Source of the DNA: Bacteroidia bacterium
Lineage (GTDB): Bacteria; Bacteroidota; Bacteroidia; Bacteroidales; VadinHA17
Reading direction: 5' to 3'
DNA length: 64,000 nt
Assembly (NCBI GenBank): GCA_026391215.1
Contig: JAPLDX010000048.1
Span: 1 to 64,000, forward strand
In this document: one piece after another, positions 20,610 to 30,584 of the stretch
Position numbering within the stretch: position 1 is the stretch's first letter
Layout: each line of letters begins with the position of its first letter
Notes under the pieces: model-generated
Databases searched by the model: none
Seen by the model: the letters and a program-made list of their open reading frames with translations, nothing else
What the model was told of the DNA's origin: nothing
Position numbers and translations under genes: made by a program

Positions 20610-20768
20610 ATGAAAAAATGTCTGCAAGAGAACTTGGTTTTAATATTGTTATTCCCTTTAAGGATCCCTTTATTATATCATCCGCTGGAAGTCCAGCAAA
20701 AGGGATTAAAGTATTATTCTGCACCGGATATCAGTTTATCCGGGATAATTGATTTTCTGCTGTCTTGA
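20610..20768 (+). CDS. Possible 52-aa leader or remnant ORF
   Basis: Its ATG sits at the same distance from the conserved TAAATTTTG as the starts at 30585 and 61549; no recognisable domain. Confidence 0.3.
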   Translation: MKKCLQENLVLILLFPLRIPLLYHPLEVQQKGLKYYSAPDISLSGIIDFLLS

Positions 20769-20786
20769 TTTAAAAGGATTGAACAA

Positions 20787-23700
20787 ATGAAAAAGTATAC
20801 ATTTTTTGGACTTTTATCACGAGGGTTCATTGTAACTCTGTTATTTTTTAGTGTTACGGATTTGAAGTCACAGGTAGATGTGCTTGACCTGTATCAAGGC
20901 ACCGGTTATGGAAACTGCATGACCACCCCGGATTTAGAGATCACCAAAGACCGGATATCATGTGACGATGATACGACCGTCATTATTAGAAACAAAAGAG
21001 GATACAGATCAATGTCTCAAACAGGCAGTGACTGGCAATATAAATTCTCAGGAGTTGATGTTGATATCTGTACATCGGCTCCTAATGACAGTGAGGGAAG
21101 AGTTCAGATTATGTTTCGCATTAACGGAATCCAATCAGCTGTCAGGAAATGGAGTTTCCTTTTACAAAAAACAACATTCACTTTTCCGATAGTGCGATAT
21201 TATCAGGGAGCGAACTGGTATCCTGTTTCAGGAGTTCTTGTCTCAGGGAAATGGTACAGATATGAAAAGGAGGACAATACAACTCCATTCGACAGTATCG
21301 TCATTATATCACCTCTGGATAACAGGTATGATGAGGAAGTTTTTTTTATGAATTCATTTTTTCTGCCAACCTGTCCGTTGCCTTCTGCTGCAGGAGCAAT
21401 TACAGGATTTGCATCAGTTTGCCAGGGACAGACAAATGTTAACTACTCAATCTCCGACATATGCAATGCAACAAGCTATGTTTGGAGTCTGCCGTCAGGA
21501 GCCTCCATCACAGCAGGGGCAAATACCGACAGTATAACAGTTAGTTTTTCAACTTCAGCAACATCAGGAGTTATAACCGTTTACGGCGCCAATACATGCG
21601 GTAATGGAACGGTATCATCTAACTTTACAGTTACTGTCAATCCTTACAATACGATTGACTTGCTTTCAGCAGCCGGTACTGATGGTCAAACAGTATGTAT
21701 CAACACGGCAATTGCTAATATAACATACTCAACAACAGGAGCAACGGGAGCTACGGTAGCAGGACTTCCGGCAGGAGTGACAGGGAGCTGGGCCGGCAAT
21801 GTGGTTACCATCAGCGGTATACCGACAGCATCAGGAACCTTTAACTACAATATAACATTGACTGGAGGATGCGGAACAGTAACAAAAGGAGGAACTATCA
21901 ATGTAACACCAGCCAACTCCATCACACTTTCCTCAGCAGCCGGAACAGACAATCAGACCAGGTGTATCAACACGGCAATTGCTAATATAACATACTCAAC
22001 AACAAGAGCAACGGGAGCTACGGTATCAGGACTGCCGACAGGAGTGACGGGGAGCTGGGCAGGCAATGTGGTTACCATCAGCGGAACTCCTACGACGACA
22101 ACAGGAAGCCCGTTTGGCTATACAGTAACACTTACTGGAGGATGTGGAACAGAGACAACAAACGGAACGATAACAGTCAATCCGGACAATACGATAACAC
22201 TAACATCTGCTACTGTAACCAAAACGCAATGTGTAAAGATCAATGGAGCGATAATAGATATTACTTATTCGACAACAGGTGCAACAGGAGCAACAGTAAC
22301 AGGATTACCGGCAGGAGTAACAGGGAGCTGGACAGGTAATACTGTTACAATTAGCGGGATACCCACAGCAACAGGAATCTTTAACTACAATATAACATTA
22401 ACTGGAGGCTGCGGAACTGCGATCTCAGTAGGAACAATAACAGTCGCTGATGTTGTTGCGACAACTCTTCCCGAAGTAATATGCTTGTATGATCTCTCAT
22501 GGAGCATGAACAGAGATTTTTATGATAATAGCACATCTGATCCTTTTGCAATAAAATTATACCATGCCAGAAATGCACTCTCAGCTTTCGTCGATCTGCT
22601 TTATAGTAATGAACCTTGTCAGTCAGCTTTGGGAGTGGCAAGATTTCCCGATTCTCCACAGGTTGGATGTGATGCCGGTACTGTCGAGATTTCACAATTC
22701 CTTGATAATCTGTATGATAATTATCTCACAGGTCCCTCGGGAAGAATTCAGTCATTAATTGCTGATGGTAACAGCACTCCTCTTTTAGAAGGAGTCAATC
22801 ATGCTATTGGGCTTTTCAACACAACAAATGCCAACAAAACAATTGTATTATTGACGGACGGCCGGCAGAATTGCCCATATTCAGGCATATCAAGCATAAT
22901 AACAACCACAAATACCAGTTTGAAAAACGCAGGAATAAAGTTGTTTACAATAGGTTTCGGGGACTATGGCATAGTTCCGGACGACATCCTGGAACAGCTT
23001 GTTAATGGAACAGGAGGGAGGCATTATAATATTAGAACCTCTGAGAGCAAATTGACTCCTCCTTATGACCCTGATGACCCTTCTTCTCTTGTTACATGGA
23101 ATGCCGGAACTGCATTGAATGCAGTATTTAACAATATAATAAAAGTATTGCTGGGATTGGGAATATCAGATGACCCGCTGGATATAATTAACCAGGGCGA
23201 AGTAAAACAGTTCGATATACCGATAACAATTTTTGATGAGAAGGTATGTTTCTTTGTCAGCTGGGTAACTCCTCAGGAGAACTACCTTAATATTAAATTA
23301 TTAACACCGGCAGGTACCGAACTGTCGCTTGACCAGGGCGGTATTAATATAATACATCGTAATAACCATACCATAATCACCCTTTACGATGCATTGCTCA
23401 GTCAACCGGGCATGACCGGAATCTGGAAACTGAAAATTGACGGAACTGCACTGGGAAATCCATCGGAGTTTTACCAGCATACAGTATTGAATACATCCAA
23501 AAAGCTTGATCTGAAAACATGGTTTGACAAGGAAAAATATTTAACCGGAGAGAAAATAAAAATATATGCTGAACTTTTGCTTGAGGAAAAACCGCTTGCA
23601 GGGCTGAATAAAACAATTATTATGGGAACCAGTCCGGAAATGAATCCCGGGAACTGGCTGGTAAGCAGGAAGCTTGACGCTCAAATGATTGAAAAAGCAA

Positions 23701-24473
23701 AGCAAAAGCAGCTTGAAGAATATCTGAAAGTGATCTCTGCTCAACATCTGATTGAGAACCTGAACAGGGAAGCAAGAGAAGAATATCTTAATTCTCAGAC
23801 AAATAATTTCCTGAAAAATATCGATCCGATAGAGGTAAGAATTCATGCATTAAGGGATGAATACCATCTGCTTCCACCGGGAGATGTTAAAATAAAAGGG
23901 CTGGCATTTAATGATAACGGCAAAAATGGAGATCAGAAAGCCGGAGACGGTATTTACACTGCTGTTTATGTTCCAAAGCTGGAAGGCACATACAGTTTTA
24001 ATATCTCATTCTCTGACTCAAGCCACGGTGAAAAGATATTACGCGAAAGCCACATGCAGACTTTTATCAACTCCGGATCAAAATTGAAGTTCACCATCAG
24101 GAATATAAAGTTTATTGATAAAACAACGACCGGAGAAAAACTCTATGACATAACATTCACATTAAAAGACAAATATGGGAATATCCCTATGCCTTATGCA
24201 CTGGCTGATTTAAATCTTTCCATTGGCAAAGGCTTGCTTGTGGGGGTAATTACTGATAACATGAATGGCACTTTCACTCAGAGAATATCACTTCCTTCAG
24301 GGGTAAGACTGAGAACAGTGATTTTATCATTCTCATCAGGCGAATTATCAGGCAGCAGGAAAATAGCCACGGGGACAGTGAAAATAATACTGCCTGCTAT
24401 TGCCTTGATTTTGGCAGGAGCAATATTTTTACTGGCCGGTAAGAAGAAGAAAAAAAGAACGGATCAACTATGA
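20787..24473 (+). CDS. Exported vWA-domain protein with Ig/PKD-like repeats, a CLCA/choice-of-anchor-X-like motif and a C-terminal membrane anchor
   Basis: Signal peptide followed by Gln; three ~90-aa Thr/Gly-rich repeats; MIDAS DLSWS...STPL...LLTDG; FNDNGKNGDQKAGDGIYT; C-terminal hydrophobic helix then KKKKKR. Confidence 0.85.
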   Translation: MKKYTFFGLLSRGFIVTLLFFSVTDLKSQVDVLDLYQGTGYGNCMTTPDLEITKDRISCDDDTTVIIRNKRGYRSMSQTGSDWQYKFSGVDVDICTSAPNDSEGRVQIMFRINGIQSAVRKWSFLLQKTTFTFPIVRYYQGANWYPVSGVLVSGKWYRYEKEDNTTPFDSIVIISPLDNRYDEEVFFMNSFFLPTCPLPSAAGAITGFASVCQGQTNVNYSISDICNATSYVWSLPSGASITAGANTDSITVSFSTSATSGVITVYGANTCGNGTVSSNFTVTVNPYNTIDLLSAAGTDGQTVCINTAIANITYSTTGATGATVAGLPAGVTGSWAGNVVTISGIPTASGTFNYNITLTGGCGTVTKGGTINVTPANSITLSSAAGTDNQTRCINTAIANITYSTTRATGATVSGLPTGVTGSWAGNVVTISGTPTTTTGSPFGYTVTLTGGCGTETTNGTITVNPDNTITLTSATVTKTQCVKINGAIIDITYSTTGATGATVTGLPAGVTGSWTGNTVTISGIPTATGIFNYNITLTGGCGTAISVGTITVADVVATTLPEVICLYDLSWSMNRDFYDNSTSDPFAIKLYHARNALSAFVDLLYSNEPCQSALGVARFPDSPQVGCDAGTVEISQFLDNLYDNYLTGPSGRIQSLIADGNSTPLLEGVNHAIGLFNTTNANKTIVLLTDGRQNCPYSGISSIITTTNTSLKNAGIKLFTIGFGDYGIVPDDILEQLVNGTGGRHYNIRTSESKLTPPYDPDDPSSLVTWNAGTALNAVFNNIIKVLLGLGISDDPLDIINQGEVKQFDIPITIFDEKVCFFVSWVTPQENYLNIKLLTPAGTELSLDQGGINIIHRNNHTIITLYDALLSQPGMTGIWKLKIDGTALGNPSEFYQHTVLNTSKKLDLKTWFDKEKYLTGEKIKIYAELLLEEKPLAGLNKTIIMGTSPEMNPGNWLVSRKLDAQMIEKAKQKQLEEYLKVISAQHLIENLNREAREEYLNSQTNNFLKNIDPIEVRIHALRDEYHLLPPGDVKIKGLAFNDNGKNGDQKAGDGIYTAVYVPKLEGTYSFNISFSDSSHGEKILRESHMQTFINSGSKLKFTIRNIKFIDKTTTGEKLYDITFTLKDKYGNIPMPYALADLNLSIGKGLLVGVITDNMNGTFTQRISLPSGVRLRTVILSFSSGELSGSRKIATGTVKIILPAIALILAGAIFLLAGKKKKKRTDQL
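21643..22446 (+). repeat. Three tandem ~270-bp intragenic repeats
   Basis: ITYSTT.ATGATV.GLP.GVTGSW.GN.VTISG.PT...LTGGCGT occurs three times. Confidence 0.9.
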
Positions 24474-24513
24474 AACCCGATAAAATGATAAATCCCAATA
24501 TTGCCATTGGTCT

Positions 24514-27500
24514 ATGCAGATAAAAACCGGACATATTATCAAACGTATTACAGTTGTAATATTGATGGTTTCTTTTGTGTCTGAATTATTTTCACAATTG
24601 TTTACAAACTCCGGTATTTCACCTTTACCTGCAAAAACACTTAAATCTTCGGTAAACTGGGTTGATCTTAACATGGATGGCTATCTGGATCTGTCAGTTT
24701 CTGGTGAAGATTGGGATGGATCCGGTTTGGCGCAGGGAATATTAAATATATTCAACAGCAGCCATACGATTGGATCAAACATCAGTATCAGACCACTTAG
24801 TGAAGGCTATCAGACGTGGAGTGATTTCAACAATGATGGTTATCCCGATCTGCTTTATGCAGGTAAGAATACCGTGGCGACAGCAGGAGTTGATACCTTT
24901 GAAGTTTCACTTGTTTATCATAGTAAATTTTCAGGTTTTACACCGTTAACCAAAGCTACAGCAGACTGGGGTGATTTTGATAATGACGGGGATTACGATG
25001 TCCTTATAGCTGGAAAAGATGCAGGAGGTACAGTCGTTACGAACCTTTACAAAAACACGAAAGGAGTATTCACCGATGTAAATGCCGGATTACCGGGAAT
25101 TACTGACGGCAAAGTCTCGTTTATAGATTACGACCTTGACCAGGACCTGGATATTTTTATTACAGGGCTTGATATTAATGTGAATAAATATACCCGTCTC
25201 TGGAAAAATAATGGCGGGACATTTACAGTGACAAACGATCTGTTCGTGAATCTCCGGTATAGTCAGTTTGACTGGGGCGATGTTAATGGTGACGGGTATC
25301 CAGATCTTATGCTCGGAGGCTGGGATGAAACAAAGTGCCGTGGTATGGTTTACATAAACAATGCCGGTAACGGATTCACCCTCTCAACCTATAAAGTACC
25401 TCAGGCCAATCGCGGAACTTCAGGCTTCGGAGATGTTGATAATGACGGCGATCTGGATGCTTTTATTTCGGGTGTGAAATTCCAGACGTCTATTCTTTAT
25501 AACCTGGTTTTCTATAATAACGGAACAGATTCACTTGTACCTGATAATTTCTCACTACCCGACAGGATCGTCTACAGTTCTGCCCAGTTCGCAGACTATG
25601 ATAATAATAATGTCCTGGATTTTGCGGCAAATGGCGCTAAGGAAGATGGTAACGGAATGACATTTATTGGCATTAATTCATTCGCAACCCCGAACTCAAA
25701 ACCATCTGTTCCGGTAAATCTTACTACCGTGGTTGAGGGGACATCAGTAACATTGAGCTGGGATAATGCCACTGATAATAATACTCCTCCGCAATCGATA
25801 ACCTATAATATCTATGTCGGAGTTGCAGGCAATAAAATTAAAATTGTATCTCCGGTTGCTGACCTTACAACAGGATTCCGAAGGATAGCCAGATCCGGTT
25901 ATATACGTGATAATGTCTGGACACTGAAAGATCTCCCTGTCGGCACATATCTCTGGGGAGTCCAGGCTATTGATAATTCACTTGGAGCTTCGGCCTTTTC
26001 AACCGAATCGACCTTCGACATCAAAGAACGGTTCACGAAAGTAACTTCAACCGAAACTCCAAACATAAGTTCACCTGCAATCTTCTTTGACAGCGACCAC
26101 GATAATGACATGGATATATTCCTTAATTGCACCAATTCATTGCAGATTATTGAAAATACCCTCAGTCCATTCACCCAGGCTAATTACAGAACGATCTCGG
26201 CTGACAGCTACAATCCCATTTCCACAATTACTCCGAATGATTATAATAATAATAATCAGATCGATTTTAGCATCTCTGGAAACTATACTGTGAATGGTTT
26301 ACGTGATTCAAGCATTGCATTGTATGGTTTCAACAGTGCGTTTAACTATAGTGTTGTAAATGAAGCCCTTGTAAAAAATATCAATTTTGAATATGTTCTG
26401 TGGACCGACCTTAACAATGACGGGAAACAGGATTTCATAACGTCAGGAATGACAACCAACCTGACGACCAATAAGCCGGTCACCAGGCTTTATAAGAATC
26501 TGGGGAACGGGATTTTCCAGAAAGTCACACATTCAATAAGAGGCTTCGAAAAATGCGGGGCAGTAGCGGGTGATTTTGATAATGATATGGATGTTGATCT
26601 GATCATATATGGAAAGGATTCACTTGGAACTGCCAACACATATGTCTACATAAATAAGGGGAATTTTGTTTTTACAGAAGAGCTGATATCCGGTAATGAA
26701 TTATACAGAAAGTATCTTCAAAGCGGAATCTTTACAGGAGATTATAATCTCGATGGTCAGCTTGACATTTATTTGTCGGGGAATAACCTTCTTAATGACA
26801 AGTATATAAAAGTTCTCCTTAACAATTCGATGAATTTTACCGATGCCAACCTCCAGATAAGGACTTCAACCACTATGTCTAATTTCTGGGCCGATTATGA
26901 TTATGACGGAGACCTTGATCTTTATTCACTATCCATTTATGGTTCACTTGATAAAACGCGGCTCTATCTTAATAATAATGGTACTCTTGAGGAAATAATC
27001 ATTGATCTTGCTGCCTCGAATAAACTTGAATTGCCGTTCATGGCCGTCAATCTCGATAACAAAAACGGCCTGGATTTTCTGATGAAAATTGGTGCCGGAA
27101 ACTACAATCAATATTATGATAACTGGGGCTCTAATGAACGGATAAGCACTGCTCCTGCCAACACACGGTACGACCAGGATAAGCTTGATATTATCCTGAA
27201 ATGGGACAAATTATCATCTTGTCCGGGTTGTACTTATAACATAAGGGTTGGAACTGTGCCCAATGGGGTGGATATTATGTCGCCAATGTCGGATATCAGT
27301 ACTGGCTACAGGTATGTTATTCAGCCGGGCAACGCTTACATGAATGAAAAATGGAGATTATGTGATCTGCCGGTTGGAACATATTACTGGAGTGTGCAGG
27401 CAGTCGATCCTTCAAATACAGGGGGTCCCTGGTCTGCAGAAAATTCTTTTGTGGTCAGTCATATAGATGCGGATTTTTCATTCACAACTGTATGTAAAGG

Positions 27501-30405
27501 AGATTCAACAGCATTCAGTGATCTTTCTGTCGGAACGGATCCTATTACAAAATGGAAATGGAGTTTCGGTGACGGCACTGTGAGCACCTTAAAGAATCCC
27601 AGGCATTTATATTCAGTTGCTGGTACTTTCACAGCCGGATTGTGGGCTTATTCAGAAGTCGGAGATAGTGCATATCAGAGTTATGATGTACTGGTGAAAG
27701 CTGTCCCTGTTGCTGATTTCTCTGCAAATATTGCCTGCCAGGGAACACCAACCACCTTTACAAACAATACAAATACCGGAGGACTCACAATCCTTAACTG
27801 GTTATGGAACTTTGGAGATGGACAAACATCAGACCTCCTGAATCCCGGAACACATGGATATCTCAATCCTACTGATTATCAGGCATCACTTACAGTCGTT
27901 GCAGATAACAGTTGTTCTGATGTAATTAACAGAACAGTTACGGTAGCCAGTTACCCTGCAGCTCTGATTACAACAGATGGATCACTGATTTTCTGTAAAG
28001 GAGACAGTGTAACTCTTTCCGTAACACATATCAGCAGCTATACATATGAATGGATGGTCGGAGGGACCGCCCTTACCGGAGGAGATTCAAGCAGATACAT
28101 AGCGAGGTTATCAGGGAATTACACTGTCGAGGTTGTTAATACAATCGGGAACTGCAGGGATACCTCTTCAGTTATTGCAGTAACAGCACTGGATGCACCG
28201 GCAGCACCTTTGATAATTGCAGACGGTTCAAAGGTTTTCTGTGAGGGTGACTCAGTAGTGCTGAGTGTTACAAATACTTCCGGATATACATATCAATGGA
28301 GACGCGACGGTGGGACAGTAGGAACCGATTCATACCAGCATGTTGCAAAATCAGCTGGCATCTATTCTCTTACCGTTTCCAACTCGACAGGATGTGCTGT
28401 TGATGCAACGGATACTTTAAGTGTCACAGTAAATCCAAAGCCCACCCTGCCGGTTATAAGCATTAGCGGACCTACTACTTTCTGCCAGGGAGGAAGTGTA
28501 GAACTTAGTGTTGTAAATAATCCGCTAAACTCATATCAATGGGAGAATAACGGAGCAGCCATGTCCGGAGCAACAACAAATGCTTATACTGCTCAGAATA
28601 CAGGGGTTTATTCATTGAAAATCTCAAACTCAAGCGAATGTAGTATAAAAACTGAAAACGATACAGTCAGTGTATTAACAGCTCCTTCTGCACCATTGAT
28701 TTCAGCAGGCGGGGCACTTGAATTCTGTCTGGGTGATTCAGTGGTTTTAAGCGTTACAAATACTTCCGGATATACATATCAGTGGAGACGCGACGGTGGG
28801 ACAGTGGGAACCGATTCATACCAGCATGTTGCAAAATCAGCTGGCATCTATTCTCTTACCGTTTCCAACTCAACAGGATGTGCTGTTGATGCAACGGATA
28901 CTTTAAGTGTCACAGTAAATCCAAAGCCCACCCTGCCTGTTATAAGCATTAGCGGACCTACTACTTTCTGTCAGGGAGGAAATGTGCAGCTTAGAGTTGT
29001 AGATAATCCGCTAATCTCATATCAGTGGGAGAATAACGGAGTTGCCATGTACGGAGATACAATAAATGTTTATACTGCTCAAAATGCAGGGATTTATTCA
29101 TTGAAAATCTCAAATTCAGATGGTTGTTATACAAGAACTGAATCTATAAATGTTAGTGTTCTCACAGCACCATCTGCCCCTCTGATATCTGCAGCAGGGG
29201 CTATAGAATTCTGTTCAGGGGATTCGGTTATCCTTAGTGTTACCAATACGGTGGGAGACAATTATTATTGGAAACTAAATGGGGGCGCTGTAGGGACAAA
29301 TTCAAATAAGTATACAGGAATAAATTCAGGGACCTATAGCCTGGTGGTATCCAACAGCAATAGATGCTCTGTTACCTCCACGAATTCAATTGATGTCATT
29401 GTGAAGAGTGTTCCAACTGTCGGAGATCTCAGTACTGAAGGGAAGCCGGATTTCTGCGAAGGGAAGAATGTGATTCTCAGCATACCTTCTGTTGCCGGGT
29501 TCACTTACAGCTGGAGAAATGAATTCGGACCAATTAATGTCTTCACAAACAGCTATACAGCAACAACAACCGGCAAATACCAGCTGGAGATTTCAAATGC
29601 TTCAGGATGCAGTGTAAAAACTTCTCCAGTACAGGTTACAGTAAAACCATCACCAGACAAACCTGATATAACTGATTATAATTACACGGAAAACAAGTGT
29701 CCGGCAGATGATCCTATCAGGCTTGAAGTTACCAATGCAGTTGAGGGTTATCAGTATCAGTGGTATAAGGATGGAGTGAAAAGTGTTAACGATACGCTAT
29801 CACATCTTGAATTCTATGAACAGGGTATATACAAGGTTGTGGCCGGTCTTGATGAATGCCAGGCAGAATCTGATGCTTTTCCGATCACTCTTCCTGCGTC
29901 TCCCGATAAACCACTGATATATGCACAGGGCAATGTAGTATGGTACTTGGCATGCAGTAATATGAAAGCCAAGGAGTATAAATGGTACTGCGACAGCAAG
30001 CTCATTGAAGGAGCTAAGGAGTACTTTTATGTTGTAGGGAGAAAGATGGGTGATTATCAGGTAAGCATTTCAAACGAACAGGGATGCTTTACAAGAAGTG
30101 ATATCGTCACAATACCGGTCCCTGAAACAACGGAAATAGAAAATGCTGATCTGTTTGAAGGGATAATCATATATCCCAATCCTACAAACGGATTCTTCAC
30201 AATCGAAATTGATAACAACTTATTCGGAGAACTGATCATCAGGATAATATCGGAGCAGGGGAAAGTAATAAGAGACATAAAGCTGGATAAAACGACTGAA
30301 CACTTCTCCTCTGAAATTGACCTCAGCGGGCAGGCTTATGGTATTTATATCATTAATCTGACCATTGAGAAATATTCTGCAACGAGGAAAGTGATTCTCA
30401 AATAG
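24514..30405 (+). CDS. T9SS cargo: two FG-GAP/VCBS-type propellers each followed by FN3, two PKD domains, Ig-like repeats, type-A CTD
   Basis: Signal peptide; WGDFDNDGDYD repeats; Y.W.VQA.D FN3 ends; WSFGDG/WNFGDG PKD; FC.GDSV.LSV repeats; IYPNPTNG...GIYII...RKVILK CTD. Confidence 0.9.
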   Translation: MQIKTGHIIKRITVVILMVSFVSELFSQLFTNSGISPLPAKTLKSSVNWVDLNMDGYLDLSVSGEDWDGSGLAQGILNIFNSSHTIGSNISIRPLSEGYQTWSDFNNDGYPDLLYAGKNTVATAGVDTFEVSLVYHSKFSGFTPLTKATADWGDFDNDGDYDVLIAGKDAGGTVVTNLYKNTKGVFTDVNAGLPGITDGKVSFIDYDLDQDLDIFITGLDINVNKYTRLWKNNGGTFTVTNDLFVNLRYSQFDWGDVNGDGYPDLMLGGWDETKCRGMVYINNAGNGFTLSTYKVPQANRGTSGFGDVDNDGDLDAFISGVKFQTSILYNLVFYNNGTDSLVPDNFSLPDRIVYSSAQFADYDNNNVLDFAANGAKEDGNGMTFIGINSFATPNSKPSVPVNLTTVVEGTSVTLSWDNATDNNTPPQSITYNIYVGVAGNKIKIVSPVADLTTGFRRIARSGYIRDNVWTLKDLPVGTYLWGVQAIDNSLGASAFSTESTFDIKERFTKVTSTETPNISSPAIFFDSDHDNDMDIFLNCTNSLQIIENTLSPFTQANYRTISADSYNPISTITPNDYNNNNQIDFSISGNYTVNGLRDSSIALYGFNSAFNYSVVNEALVKNINFEYVLWTDLNNDGKQDFITSGMTTNLTTNKPVTRLYKNLGNGIFQKVTHSIRGFEKCGAVAGDFDNDMDVDLIIYGKDSLGTANTYVYINKGNFVFTEELISGNELYRKYLQSGIFTGDYNLDGQLDIYLSGNNLLNDKYIKVLLNNSMNFTDANLQIRTSTTMSNFWADYDYDGDLDLYSLSIYGSLDKTRLYLNNNGTLEEIIIDLAASNKLELPFMAVNLDNKNGLDFLMKIGAGNYNQYYDNWGSNERISTAPANTRYDQDKLDIILKWDKLSSCPGCTYNIRVGTVPNGVDIMSPMSDISTGYRYVIQPGNAYMNEKWRLCDLPVGTYYWSVQAVDPSNTGGPWSAENSFVVSHIDADFSFTTVCKGDSTAFSDLSVGTDPITKWKWSFGDGTVSTLKNPRHLYSVAGTFTAGLWAYSEVGDSAYQSYDVLVKAVPVADFSANIACQGTPTTFTNNTNTGGLTILNWLWNFGDGQTSDLLNPGTHGYLNPTDYQASLTVVADNSCSDVINRTVTVASYPAALITTDGSLIFCKGDSVTLSVTHISSYTYEWMVGGTALTGGDSSRYIARLSGNYTVEVVNTIGNCRDTSSVIAVTALDAPAAPLIIADGSKVFCEGDSVVLSVTNTSGYTYQWRRDGGTVGTDSYQHVAKSAGIYSLTVSNSTGCAVDATDTLSVTVNPKPTLPVISISGPTTFCQGGSVELSVVNNPLNSYQWENNGAAMSGATTNAYTAQNTGVYSLKISNSSECSIKTENDTVSVLTAPSAPLISAGGALEFCLGDSVVLSVTNTSGYTYQWRRDGGTVGTDSYQHVAKSAGIYSLTVSNSTGCAVDATDTLSVTVNPKPTLPVISISGPTTFCQGGNVQLRVVDNPLISYQWENNGVAMYGDTINVYTAQNAGIYSLKISNSDGCYTRTESINVSVLTAPSAPLISAAGAIEFCSGDSVILSVTNTVGDNYYWKLNGGAVGTNSNKYTGINSGTYSLVVSNSNRCSVTSTNSIDVIVKSVPTVGDLSTEGKPDFCEGKNVILSIPSVAGFTYSWRNEFGPINVFTNSYTATTTGKYQLEISNASGCSVKTSPVQVTVKPSPDKPDITDYNYTENKCPADDPIRLEVTNAVEGYQYQWYKDGVKSVNDTLSHLEFYEQGIYKVVAGLDECQAESDAFPITLPASPDKPLIYAQGNVVWYLACSNMKAKEYKWYCDSKLIEGAKEYFYVVGRKMGDYQVSISNEQGCFTRSDIVTIPVPETTEIENADLFEGIIIYPNPTNGFFTIEIDNNLFGELIIRIISEQGKVIRDIKLDKTTEHFSSEIDLSGQAYGIYIINLTIEKYSATRKVILK
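28267..28980 (+). repeat. Near-identical intragenic duplication (486-bp offset)
   Basis: 28267-28494 vs 28753-28980 differ at 5 positions by my count, all synonymous. Confidence 0.9.
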
Positions 30406-30408
30406 AAA

Positions 30409-30479
30409 GGGTTACAGTTTACGGTGCGTGGTCCAGGATATTTAGTACCATTGTACCGTACACCATATACCATGAACCG
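30409..30479. repeat. Inverted heptamer arrays (possible terminator/hairpin)
   Basis: gggttac agtttac ggtgcgt ggtccag ... ttgtacc gtacacc atatacc atgaacc. Confidence 0.65.
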
Positions 30480-30559
30480 TTTTTCATCACCACAAATCTG
30501 CTTCTTATCAAATACCGTGATAAAGAGTTGTTATTACAGGAAAAAAATCCTAAATTTTG
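30480..30559 (+). promoter_or_regulatory. Conserved promoter cassette, copy B
   Basis: TTTTTCATC (30480) and CTTCTTATC (30501) are 21 nt apart; CAAATA 30509, TTGTT 30528, TAAATTTTG 30551; aligns without gaps to 61443-61522. Confidence 0.65.
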
Positions 30560-30584
30560 TGTTTTTTCCATCCATTTAGGCGAG

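Noticed and set aside
18444-24473. vWA-MoxR ternary conflict system or caspase-gasdermin defence
   Set aside because: No MoxR/STAND NTPase or gasdermin-like gene is present, and both proteins have export signals.
30528-30584. TTG start at 30528 for the giant gene
   Set aside because: It lies within the promoter cassette; the signal peptide begins at ATG 30585.
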